From a candidate division WOR-3 bacterium (lineage in GTDB: Bacteria > Hydrothermota > Tepidihabitantia > Tepidihabitantales > Tepidihabitantaceae), in the NCBI GenBank assembly GCA_026418295.1, contig JAOABP010000005.1, positions 100,864 through 164,863 of the forward strand: a stretch of 64,000 nt of DNA, written 5' to 3'. How positions within the stretch are numbered: the first letter of the stretch is position 1; the number at the start of each line of letters is the position of its first letter. Below are positions 49,595 through 58,065 of this stretch, in pieces. The notes beneath the pieces were generated by a model. It was not told where the DNA came from and made no database searches. It worked only from the letters and a program-made list of their open reading frames with translations. Made by a program: the position numbers and the translations under genes.

Positions 49595-50029
49595 ATGAAG
49601 CCTGATTCTCATCCTTACCGACTTCTCGACCACACAGCGGATTTAAAAGTGGAAATATACGGGCAGGGGTTGAAGGAACTGTTTTGCAACGCTGCCTTCA
49701 TGGTTTTTGATGTCATGCTGGATTTAAAAGAGGTGCGTGAACAGGGGCAGTATGAAATCTCGCTGCAATCGACAGATCTGCCTGAACTCTTTCTGGACTG
49801 GCTTCGCGAACTGCTTTTTCTCTTTTCAACCCGCAGTTTTGTCACCAGACGGGTCGAAATTTCGGCATTACAGAGCGAACCTGCGCAGCTGAAAGCAGTA
49901 GTCTACGGCGAAAGTTATGATCCGGACCGGCACGGATTGAAAATTGAGATTAAAACCCCCACCTATCATCAGTATCAGATTGAACAGATGCAGGAAGGGT
50001 ATCGGGCAACCGTAATCTTTGATGTATAG
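49595..50029 (+). CDS. Archease
   Basis: LDHTAD, IKTPTYH and C-terminal IFDV signature. Confidence 0.9.
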   Translation: MKPDSHPYRLLDHTADLKVEIYGQGLKELFCNAAFMVFDVMLDLKEVREQGQYEISLQSTDLPELFLDWLRELLFLFSTRSFVTRRVEISALQSEPAQLKAVVYGESYDPDRHGLKIEIKTPTYHQYQIEQMQEGYRATVIFDV

Positions 50030-50032
50030 CTA

Positions 50033-51202
50033 TCAGCCGCCGGGTTTTAAAGGCGAGATTTCCCTTAACCGTTTTACGACCCGTTCCATCACCTCAACCG
50101 CATAATCAATTTCTGCTTCGGTGTTTTCCTCTCCCAGCGAGAAACGGACGACAGAATTTCGATAGATTTCCGGTACACCGATTGCCTTGACGGTCGGGGA
50201 GGGTTCAGGTTCACCGGAAGAACAGGCAGAACCGGAGGCAACGGCAATGCCCTCCAGATCCAGATTCATCAGCAGTGCCTCTCCTTCCACATATGCGACG
50301 CTGAAATGGCTGGTGTTGGGCAATCTTTTCTCCGGATGACCATTAAGTCGCACATCAGAAATCCGTGCCAGAATACCCTTTTCCAGCCGGTCCCGCAGCT
50401 GCCGGATACGGGCGACATTCTGTTGCCATTCTTCTTTAAGAATTTCACAGGCCTTGCCGATACCGATGATGCCGATGACATTTTCGGTACCGGCGCGCAG
50501 GCCCCGCTGATGATGCCCGCCGTGAATCAATGGCACAATCGGAGTTCCAGAACGGATGAAGAGCACGCCGATTCCCTTAGGGGCATGAATTTTATGACCT
50601 GATATGGTCATCAGATCTACCCCCAGATTCTGGACATCAATTTCGATCTTGCCGGCGGCAGAGACCGCATCGGTATGTACCAATACTTCATGTTCATGAC
50701 ATATTCGGACAATTTCCCTTACCGGTTCAATTGTGCCGATCTCGTTATTGGCAAGCATTACACTGACAAGCACGGTCTGAGGAGTGATTGCCTTACGCAC
50801 CGCTTCCGGGTCGACGATACCATAAGCGTCTACCGGCAGGTAGGAGATCTGCCAGCCCATTTCAGCAAGATAGTTGGCACTGCCCAGCACTGAAGCATGT
50901 TCAATCGGGCTGGTGATGATGTGTCGTCCCTTTTTCAGCATCAGCGCGGCAGCGACACCCTTGATTGCCCAGTTGTTGGCTTCAGTACCGCCGCTGGTAA
51001 AGAAGATTTCTGCCGGCTTGGCGTTAAGAAATGCCGCAACTTGCTCCCGGGCTTTTTCAATCCCTTCAGCGCATTCCCGGCCGAATGAGTGCAGGTTCGA
51101 AGGATTGCCGAAGATATCAGTCAGGTAAGGTGCAATTGCTTCCTTAACCCGCGGATCAATCGGGGTTGTTGAGTTGTTGTCCAGATAGACACGCATTTTC
51201 AT
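50033..51202 (-). CDS. iscS: Cysteine desulfurase (NifS/IscS family)
   Basis: YLDNNSTT, FTSGGTE, SGHKIHAPKG, SGSACSS. Confidence 0.92.
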   Translation of the reverse strand: MKMRVYLDNNSTTPIDPRVKEAIAPYLTDIFGNPSNLHSFGRECAEGIEKAREQVAAFLNAKPAEIFFTSGGTEANNWAIKGVAAALMLKKGRHIITSPIEHASVLGSANYLAEMGWQISYLPVDAYGIVDPEAVRKAITPQTVLVSVMLANNEIGTIEPVREIVRICHEHEVLVHTDAVSAAGKIEIDVQNLGVDLMTISGHKIHAPKGIGVLFIRSGTPIVPLIHGGHHQRGLRAGTENVIGIIGIGKACEILKEEWQQNVARIRQLRDRLEKGILARISDVRLNGHPEKRLPNTSHFSVAYVEGEALLMNLDLEGIAVASGSACSSGEPEPSPTVKAIGVPEIYRNSVVRFSLGEENTEAEIDYAVEVMERVVKRLREISPLKPGG

Positions 51203-51725
51203 TTTTTTGCTCCTTCTTTTTTCTCGATTTTAATCCTCCGATGAATTCATAAAGTAATATCAGAATTACACCGATTACTACAAAAGTATCCGCCAGATTG
51301 AATGTAAACCAGCGGAATCCGAGTGAACGAATTTCAAAGTCAATGAAATCGATAACATGACCCAGCCGTACCCGGTCCACGAGATTGCCCAGCGCACCGC
51401 CCAAGATAATACCATAGGCACACCCGAGATAGGTGCTATGGGTCTTTAATGCCAGGATCAGTACCAATATAATCCCGGTAAGCTGCAACAGGTAGTGGAG
51501 CCAGACTGCGCCGAATGATATCCCGAATACCCCGAAGGGGTTGGTATTATAGGAAATTTTAAGCAGATCACCTATTATCGGGATTGAAACGGGTGCTGCC
51601 GGTCTGTTGAAAATACCATAGACAAGATTTTTGGTTAGCTGGTCAGCAAACAAAGCCAGAATGCTGGTCCAGACAAAAGAACGGCCCAGCACCGGGGCGC
51701 TGCGGACGGGTTCTGAATTGGACAT
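51156..51725 (-). CDS. lspA: Lipoprotein signal peptidase II
   Basis: DQLTK, GGALGNLVDR, VIDFID, FNLAD. Confidence 0.93.
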   Translation of the reverse strand: MSNSEPVRSAPVLGRSFVWTSILALFADQLTKNLVYGIFNRPAAPVSIPIIGDLLKISYNTNPFGVFGISFGAVWLHYLLQLTGIILVLILALKTHSTYLGCAYGIILGGALGNLVDRVRLGHVIDFIDFEIRSLGFRWFTFNLADTFVVIGVILILLYEFIGGLKSRKKKEQKNENACLSGQQLNNPD

Positions 51726-52675
51726 CAGGATGTCTTTTCTGCTGCAGCAATAAGCTGGTCGATCTGATCAGGGGGGTAAACTCGGATATGATAATGCTGG
51801 GCAAACTGTTGTGCTTCGGGGCTTAATGCGGTTCCTGCGATCAGAATAATATCCTGCGCCCCGATATCATATGCCTTGGCATAAAGCTTTATTACTTCCT
51901 CGGCCGGTATTTCGGTTGCTCCTCCGGCAAATCCGATAACGACCTGATGTTCCAGCGGACCGGATCGTTTGACCGCGAGAATGTCAATCAAATGTCTTGC
52001 TCCAGACCGGCCCGATACGGTAACCGCTTCCTGGACCTCATATCCTTCCTGGGTTAGCAGGTTCTTTACCCGGCTCCGGGGTATCCTTTCTTCCTGAATC
52101 TTTTTCATTTGTTCAGGGTTAACACAATATTTATAGAGCACAAGTTCGCGTACGCCGTTTTTTTCATACAGCTGACCGCAGCCACTGCAGTGCCAGCGTT
52201 CCACCGGCAATCGGATTAATTCACGGCAGTGAGGGCAGCGGTACCGGTAACCCAGATCTTCATAATCACTGCCCAGCAGCAGCAATTCATCACGGCATTT
52301 CGGACAGACCCTCCGGTTATAGCGAAGAAAATCATCGGCCGGTCCGGAATAACCGCAAGTTCGATGTTTTAATACTCGGGTGCGAAGAATTTCCGGAGAG
52401 TGGCATTTGGGGCAGAAAAAAACAAGTTTCAGCCGATCGGCATTACATCGCGGACAAAGAAATATTCTTTCAGCAAACTGCCGTTCCAGATATCCGAGCC
52501 GGGAGAGATCCTCAAGAAGCTGGACTGCAACCTGAGCGTCGATTTTCAGGTACGATTCTACGAGTGGATAGCTGATGCCTTCCGGGGTATGAGGGGCAAA
52601 GACCGGTTCAAGCGATCGGTCTGGTTTTTCTGTCAGCAGTTCAAAAAGCTTCAGCAGGTTGCTGTCTGTTTCCAT
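51725..52675 (-). CDS. Multi-Zn-ribbon (TackOD1-like) domain fused to Mrr-like restriction-endonuclease fold
   Basis: CPRC, CPKC, HRTC, CPKC..GSDY, CPHC, CSGC; C-terminal GRSGARHLIDILA...AQQFAQHYHI. Confidence 0.6.
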   Translation of the reverse strand: METDSNLLKLFELLTEKPDRSLEPVFAPHTPEGISYPLVESYLKIDAQVAVQLLEDLSRLGYLERQFAERIFLCPRCNADRLKLVFFCPKCHSPEILRTRVLKHRTCGYSGPADDFLRYNRRVCPKCRDELLLLGSDYEDLGYRYRCPHCRELIRLPVERWHCSGCGQLYEKNGVRELVLYKYCVNPEQMKKIQEERIPRSRVKNLLTQEGYEVQEAVTVSGRSGARHLIDILAVKRSGPLEHQVVIGFAGGATEIPAEEVIKLYAKAYDIGAQDIILIAGTALSPEAQQFAQHYHIRVYPPDQIDQLIAAAEKTS

Positions 52676-52772
52676 TCCGGAACTCCTTATGTGTTATTAT
52701 AAACTTAATTTCACTTCAGTCAAATAAGTTTGCTCAATTGACAATTGAGATTTGATGTTTAACTTTAAAACT

Positions 52773-54788
52773 GTGCAGGGTTTTATTGTACTCATCGTAA
52801 CTCTGTTTGCTGTCATTAGTGGAAGAGTTTTTCCGGGCTATCAGTTAAAATTTGCTACTGTGGGAGATGAGGACATTTCCGGTAATAATCAGGCAGGAGA
52901 GACTGGAAGGGATTTGCCCCGCTGCTTAGCACTTCAGGTTTTAGACCGGGGAAAGCCCGTTGCCAATATTCAGGTGCATTTTTCCATTTTGAGCGAACCG
53001 GTAGAAAACAGTTACCCGGGTAATTTCCGCGCCCGGCTTTCAGACACCGTCGTTTATACCGATCAGTTGGGTATTGCCCGTACGAGGCTGAGACTGGGAA
53101 GTAATACTGGTGAATATCTGATTAAAGGGGAAACGGCGGGCAGGGAACTGGTGTTTGTGATCCGGGGGTTAAAACATCGCTGGTATCTCGGGACAGTTCT
53201 GGAAATTATCGGCGGGATGGCGATTTTTCTTTTCGGCTTGTATTACGGTGCCAAAGGGTTAAGGCGACTGGCAGGTGATAGACTGCGGCAGGTCCTTTTT
53301 GCGTTGATTCCCAACCGGCTGCTCGGGGTCTTGGTGGGAATTATTGTTACCACGATTTTCCAGTCCTCCAGCGCCACGATCGGGCTTTTAATTTCGCTTG
53401 CCTCTTCCGGACTCATTACGGCGGGACAATCACTGGGGGTCATTCTGGGGGCTGATATCGGCACGACAATTACAATCCAGCTGCTTTCATTCCGGATATA
53501 CGAATATGCCCTTTTTGCCGTTGCAGCCGGATTGCTGCTGATGAATTCGAGCTGGCGGATGAAAGATATCGGCCAGGTAATTTTCGGATTCGGGCTGGTA
53601 TTTTTTTCCATGAAGATAGTTCTGAGTGCCGTGGAACCGGTAAAGTACCTGCCACAGTTTCAGGCGTTTTTCCGTGCGGGCACCATGCATCCGTTCTACT
53701 CGTTCGTGCTGGCGCTGGTTTTTACCGCTCTGGTGCGTTCTTCGGCAGCGACGATCGGAATGACGGTTGGGCTGTCCTTTTCGGGAATAATCGGACTGGA
53801 AAGTGCGATTCCTTTTCTTCTGGGGGCAAATGTTGGCAGTGGTGTAACAGCACTGATTACGGCATGGAACGCCAAGTCCGAAGGCAGGCGGGTGGCGCTC
53901 GCCCAACTCCTGTTTAAATTGGTTACTACCCTGATGGTTATTCCCGTAATCCCGCCGGCCATAGTTCTTTTCTCCCGAACATCCCCCATCGTTGCCCGGC
54001 AGATTGCCAATGCCCATACACTGATTAATATAGCGGCAACAGTGATTTTTCTTCCGTTACTTGGCGTCATCGAGAAACTGCTGCGGGTGATTATTCCGGA
54101 GCAGGCGGATGATGAAGCGGGTCCAAGGTACCTTGATACTGCAGCACTTGAGAGTCCGGAACTGGCGCTGGCACAGGGAACCCGGGAAATACTGAGAATG
54201 GGAGAGATGGTGCAGAATATGCTGGAGAAGTCACTGCTCTTTTTCTTGGAAAATGATAAAGAAGGCTGTCGCTGGTTGGCATCAGAAGATGACCGGATCG
54301 ACCGGTTGGAAGAAGAGCTGATGGTTTTTTTGTCAAAGATCCCTCCGGAATCGCAGAATCCGGAGACATCGAAACGTACGCGGACACTGTTTTACATAAC
54401 TGAGGAACTGGAACATATCGCAGACATTGTTTCCAAAAATATGGTAGTATACATCAGAAAAAGGATAAACCACAACTTGGCTTTTTCTGCTGCTGGCCTG
54501 GAGGAGATCAAGGTTTTTCACCAGCAAGTGCTGAAAAATCTGGCAATGGCGCTTGGCTGCATCGCCACCTGGGATGGAAAGATGGCACAGCAGTTAGTAG
54601 AAAAAAGGGTATGGGGGATTGAGAGAAAGCGGGAATTGCAAAACCGTCATCTTGAAAGGCTTGCACTCGGTTTAAAGGAAACTCTGGATACTTCCTCAAT
54701 TCACCTGGATTTGATTTCGGACCTCGAAAGAATCAATTTCCATTGTACTCAGATAGGTGCTGCGATAGCAAGCGTCACAGGGGGCTGA
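52773..54788 (+). CDS. Na/Pi cotransporter (NptA/YjbB family) with PhoU domains and N-terminal Ig-like extension
   Basis: QSSSAT, LGADIGTTIT, RSSAAT, LGANVGS, IANAHT, DLERI; N-terminal SGNNQAG...TDQLGIA. Start uncertain (52752, 52755 or 52773). Confidence 0.85.
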   Translation: MQGFIVLIVTLFAVISGRVFPGYQLKFATVGDEDISGNNQAGETGRDLPRCLALQVLDRGKPVANIQVHFSILSEPVENSYPGNFRARLSDTVVYTDQLGIARTRLRLGSNTGEYLIKGETAGRELVFVIRGLKHRWYLGTVLEIIGGMAIFLFGLYYGAKGLRRLAGDRLRQVLFALIPNRLLGVLVGIIVTTIFQSSSATIGLLISLASSGLITAGQSLGVILGADIGTTITIQLLSFRIYEYALFAVAAGLLLMNSSWRMKDIGQVIFGFGLVFFSMKIVLSAVEPVKYLPQFQAFFRAGTMHPFYSFVLALVFTALVRSSAATIGMTVGLSFSGIIGLESAIPFLLGANVGSGVTALITAWNAKSEGRRVALAQLLFKLVTTLMVIPVIPPAIVLFSRTSPIVARQIANAHTLINIAATVIFLPLLGVIEKLLRVIIPEQADDEAGPRYLDTAALESPELALAQGTREILRMGEMVQNMLEKSLLFFLENDKEGCRWLASEDDRIDRLEEELMVFLSKIPPESQNPETSKRTRTLFYITEELEHIADIVSKNMVVYIRKRINHNLAFSAAGLEEIKVFHQQVLKNLAMALGCIATWDGKMAQQLVEKRVWGIERKRELQNRHLERLALGLKETLDTSSIHLDLISDLERINFHCTQIGAAIASVTGG

Positions 54789-54791
54789 AAC

Positions 54792-54819
54792 AAAAAAGAG
54801 CCCCGAAAAGTCGGGGCTC
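54792..54819 (-). terminator. Rho-independent terminator oriented for the minus strand
   Basis: Stem GAGCCCCGA/TCGGGGCTC (54798-54819) followed on the minus strand by T6. Confidence 0.8.
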
Positions 54820-54883
54820 AGGTGCAGAGCTGCGACGCATCTCACCCCTTTCGCCGCTCCCTCAATTTTACTTATTAAATAAG
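54792..54883 (-). ncRNA. Candidate ~90-nt small RNA or small-ORF transcript
   Basis: Extended -10 TGGTATAAT (54897-54889), internal hairpin, minus-strand terminator, and no convergent gene. Confidence 0.45.
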
Positions 54884-55119
54884 CAAAAATTATACCAAAA
54901 TAATGTCGCATTGAGCATATTGCATAATTATTTTAAAATTAATAACTTAGCATATGTAGTCCATAACATCGTCAGCTGTTAGTAATTTTTGCTGCTTATA
55001 AAATCAGCAGCACTGCAGTATTTTTCTGCGGTCTTTTAATTATTGAGTTTATATTGCTAAATGGGTTTATCTTGACTGATTGGAATTTTTGTTGTATTAT
55101 ACTTAAAAAAGGAGTGGCG

Positions 55120-55767
55120 ATGAAAGTATATGCCAAGGTGTTTTGGGGTCTGTTAGTGATCTGGTTTTCGGTTCAGGCGCAATCCCAAACCGACACAGTA
55201 CCTGTTCCTTTTGATTCTTTAATGGATTATCGGGTCAGCGTTGACGGTTATATTGATGCAGAAGACAATGAATATCCCGCAAGTTTCCGCGATCCGGCAA
55301 CAGGGGTTACTGTCTACTGGGGACATGATGATAGTCTCGTTTACGTAGGCATGGAGGCAAAGGGGAAAGGCTGGCTGGCGATCGGATTTGGCTCACCGGT
55401 AATGAACGGGTCCAACATGATCATCGGCCTGTATTCAGACGATTCACTGGCAGTATTTAATCATATCGGGGGAGAAAGAGGTCATCGTGCAGTTAGTGGT
55501 GACATCGGTCTGATTGAAGACTGGGAGATTGACTATGACGATGAAACCAATACTCTGGCTTTGGAATTTGTTTATCCCCTGCGCTGGCAGGGACTGTCTG
55601 GCACCGCAGTCAAGTCTCTTGATCCCGGCAATGTCTATGATTTCATCCTTGCCCGTAATCCCCGTGGTATCTCGCTCAAGGCGAAGCACGCGCAGAAGTC
55701 GCGCGGGTTTTTAAAAATTGAACCGGGACCGATTTCCAAGGATTCTACAACAGTCCCCGAAAGGTAG
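55120..55767 (+). CDS. Secreted DOMON-like domain protein
   Basis: SD AAGGAG, signal peptide, GWLAIGF...MNGSNMIIG motif. Confidence 0.7.
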   Translation: MKVYAKVFWGLLVIWFSVQAQSQTDTVPVPFDSLMDYRVSVDGYIDAEDNEYPASFRDPATGVTVYWGHDDSLVYVGMEAKGKGWLAIGFGSPVMNGSNMIIGLYSDDSLAVFNHIGGERGHRAVSGDIGLIEDWEIDYDDETNTLALEFVYPLRWQGLSGTAVKSLDPGNVYDFILARNPRGISLKAKHAQKSRGFLKIEPGPISKDSTTVPER

Positions 55768-55819
55768 CTGAATTACACTGCTGACGCTTACGATTTGCGT
55801 ATTATTTCGCATTTCAGAG

Positions 55820-56527
55820 GTGGATTTCTCCCGATTGCATGCTGATTCAATTGACGCTGATGTTGTACTTGTGCTTCATTTCGGGGGGTGGGGCAATGTA
55901 CCGTTGGCGCTGGCCGGTGAGTTCGTGCCGTTAGTATCAGGTGTTGAACGTTACTTTCAGATACACGGGTTCCGCACGCTTGTTGCATCCTATCGTCGCG
56001 CACCCGCTGACTTTCCTGATGCTCCGGATCTGGGTGTGCAGCTGGCAGTTGTGACTGAGATGTTCGGGTTTCACAAAACCCGGGTGCGCAGGTTTGCGGT
56101 GCTGCTGGAAACGCTGGCGGTAAAAAACCCGGATGTTCATTTCATCCTGTTGGGCCAGTCGAATGGTGCAATCTTTGTTGATGAGGCAATTAAACTGCTG
56201 TCTTCGCGTTTTGCCAACCGGGTGGCTGGTATTGTTGCCGGAATGCCCTTCTGGAAGAACGCCAGTGGTTGTGAAAATATACTCTATCTTGATAATGAAG
56301 GAAATGACGAGTTGACCAAGGGTGAGGTTGGCGAGATTTTCGGCACGGTATTGCAGCGGCTTTATCAACGGATGGCAGCAGTCCTTGGTTTGAGAATCGG
56401 AAGGTATGAGCGGATATGGTATCTGCCAAGTCATGATTATGACTGGCAGCAGGTGGAACCGGCAGTAACAGCCTTCCTTGATCGTCTGCAATTAAAGAAG
56501 TCGAAGGCTTCATCCGTTGACAATTAG
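55820..56527 (+). CDS. Alpha/beta-hydrolase-like protein
   Basis: FILLGQSNGA nucleophile elbow and distal HDY; start uncertain. Confidence 0.55.
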   Translation: MDFSRLHADSIDADVVLVLHFGGWGNVPLALAGEFVPLVSGVERYFQIHGFRTLVASYRRAPADFPDAPDLGVQLAVVTEMFGFHKTRVRRFAVLLETLAVKNPDVHFILLGQSNGAIFVDEAIKLLSSRFANRVAGIVAGMPFWKNASGCENILYLDNEGNDELTKGEVGEIFGTVLQRLYQRMAAVLGLRIGRYERIWYLPSHDYDWQQVEPAVTAFLDRLQLKKSKASSVDN

Positions 56528-56587
56528 AATTTGTTTGATAAATTATGGGATTGTGGTGATGACAACAGTCGATAAAAAGGAGGAGTT

Positions 56588-58051
56588 ATGCACACCCGGT
56601 CAGGAATGCTGATGTTGATAATTGCCGGATTACTGATATTTACCGGTTGTCCCAAACCACCATTACAGCCGGAAACACCGCGCGGGTCAGAGATTGTATT
56701 TCAGAATACAGTTTATTCATGCACGACGGTAACCTCTGATCCCGCAGGCCTGAAGGTGGCATATCAGTTTGACTGGGGAGATGGCGTCAGGTCAGAATGG
56801 TCCAGCTGGGTTGAAGGCGGTACGCCCTACGCCGACACTCATACCTATGTGCAGAGCGGTGAGGTCAGTATCATGGTCCGGGCGAAGAATACGAAGGGCA
56901 AGATTTCGAGCTGGTCCGAGCCGCTGGTGGTTAATGTCAGCCCGGGTGAGGGCAATGTACTCTGGAAATTCGGTTATTATGATTCCGAGGAACCGGAGGA
57001 TTCGGCTGATTTTACCAATCATACGTTCGCCATTGGTCCGGAAGGGCAGATTTATATCGGCTCCGGCGATATCTGTGCGCTACTCTGTCGAAAAGCCAAC
57101 GGTGCCCGGCGGTGGGAGTTCATTGACCCGGAAGAGGAGGAATTTTCTTCCGCACCGGCGATTGCCGAGGATGGCACAATTTATGCCGGAACCGAAGGAG
57201 GAAAGTTCTATGCACTGGCGCCATCGGGGACCACAAAATGGGAAATTGATTTTCGTTCCGCCATACTGACTCCGCCGGCAATTGGTACTGATGGGACAGT
57301 TTACATTCAACCCGAGGATGATACGGTTTATGCAGTCGACCCTGCTAATGGCGCCCGAAAATGGACCTTTTATGCCGGCGGTGGAGTGCGGTCACCAGTG
57401 GTCGGTGCTGACGGAACGGTTTATATTTCTCAGGATGATACCTTGTTTGCGCTGGATCCGGCTAACGGCAGTATCAAATGGCGCTATGGTATGAGGCAGG
57501 CGATCGCAGTTTCACCGGCAGTTGACGTCAGCCGCAATGTGCTCTATGTCGTGGATGAAGATGGGTGGCTGGCATCTGTAAATCTTGCTGACGGCAGTGA
57601 AAACTGGCAGGTCTGGATCAGCGGTGACGCAACAGCCCCGGTGATAGATGAAACCGGGAGAGTCTATATCACCGGCGGGGGACGGCTGTATGCAATAAAT
57701 CCGGCAAATGGGGCCATTGAGTGGGACTGGGTTGCTCCAGTTTCGGAGGAAATGACGATGCCGGCAGTGTCAAGCGAAGGGGTAATTTACTTTCTGGTGT
57801 TCTCTTCGGCGGTAACCGGAGCAACGGATACGCTTTATGCGGTGAACCGGGATGGCAGTCGGCGCTGGGCAGTAGGGTTAGCATCTGGAACACCCCTGGA
57901 TTTCGTATCTGCCCCCAAAATTGACTCTCAGGGGCTGGTGTATATCGGTAACGGAACAAGAGCCTGGTGTGTGGTGGGCAAGGGAGGTCCGGCAGCTTCA
58001 TCCTGGCCCATGTTTCAGTCGGATATCAGGAATTCAGGAAGGGCAAGGTAG
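56588..58051 (+). CDS. Lipoprotein with PKD-like domain and PQQ-like beta-propeller
   Basis: Lipobox FTGC; YQFDWGDG; repeated SPAIxxDGTIY...YALxPxxGxxKW; C-terminal WPMFQ. Confidence 0.8.
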   Translation: MHTRSGMLMLIIAGLLIFTGCPKPPLQPETPRGSEIVFQNTVYSCTTVTSDPAGLKVAYQFDWGDGVRSEWSSWVEGGTPYADTHTYVQSGEVSIMVRAKNTKGKISSWSEPLVVNVSPGEGNVLWKFGYYDSEEPEDSADFTNHTFAIGPEGQIYIGSGDICALLCRKANGARRWEFIDPEEEEFSSAPAIAEDGTIYAGTEGGKFYALAPSGTTKWEIDFRSAILTPPAIGTDGTVYIQPEDDTVYAVDPANGARKWTFYAGGGVRSPVVGADGTVYISQDDTLFALDPANGSIKWRYGMRQAIAVSPAVDVSRNVLYVVDEDGWLASVNLADGSENWQVWISGDATAPVIDETGRVYITGGGRLYAINPANGAIEWDWVAPVSEEMTMPAVSSEGVIYFLVFSSAVTGATDTLYAVNRDGSRRWAVGLASGTPLDFVSAPKIDSQGLVYIGNGTRAWCVVGKGGPAASSWPMFQSDIRNSGRAR

Positions 58052-58065
58052 ACCGGGGATAGGAT

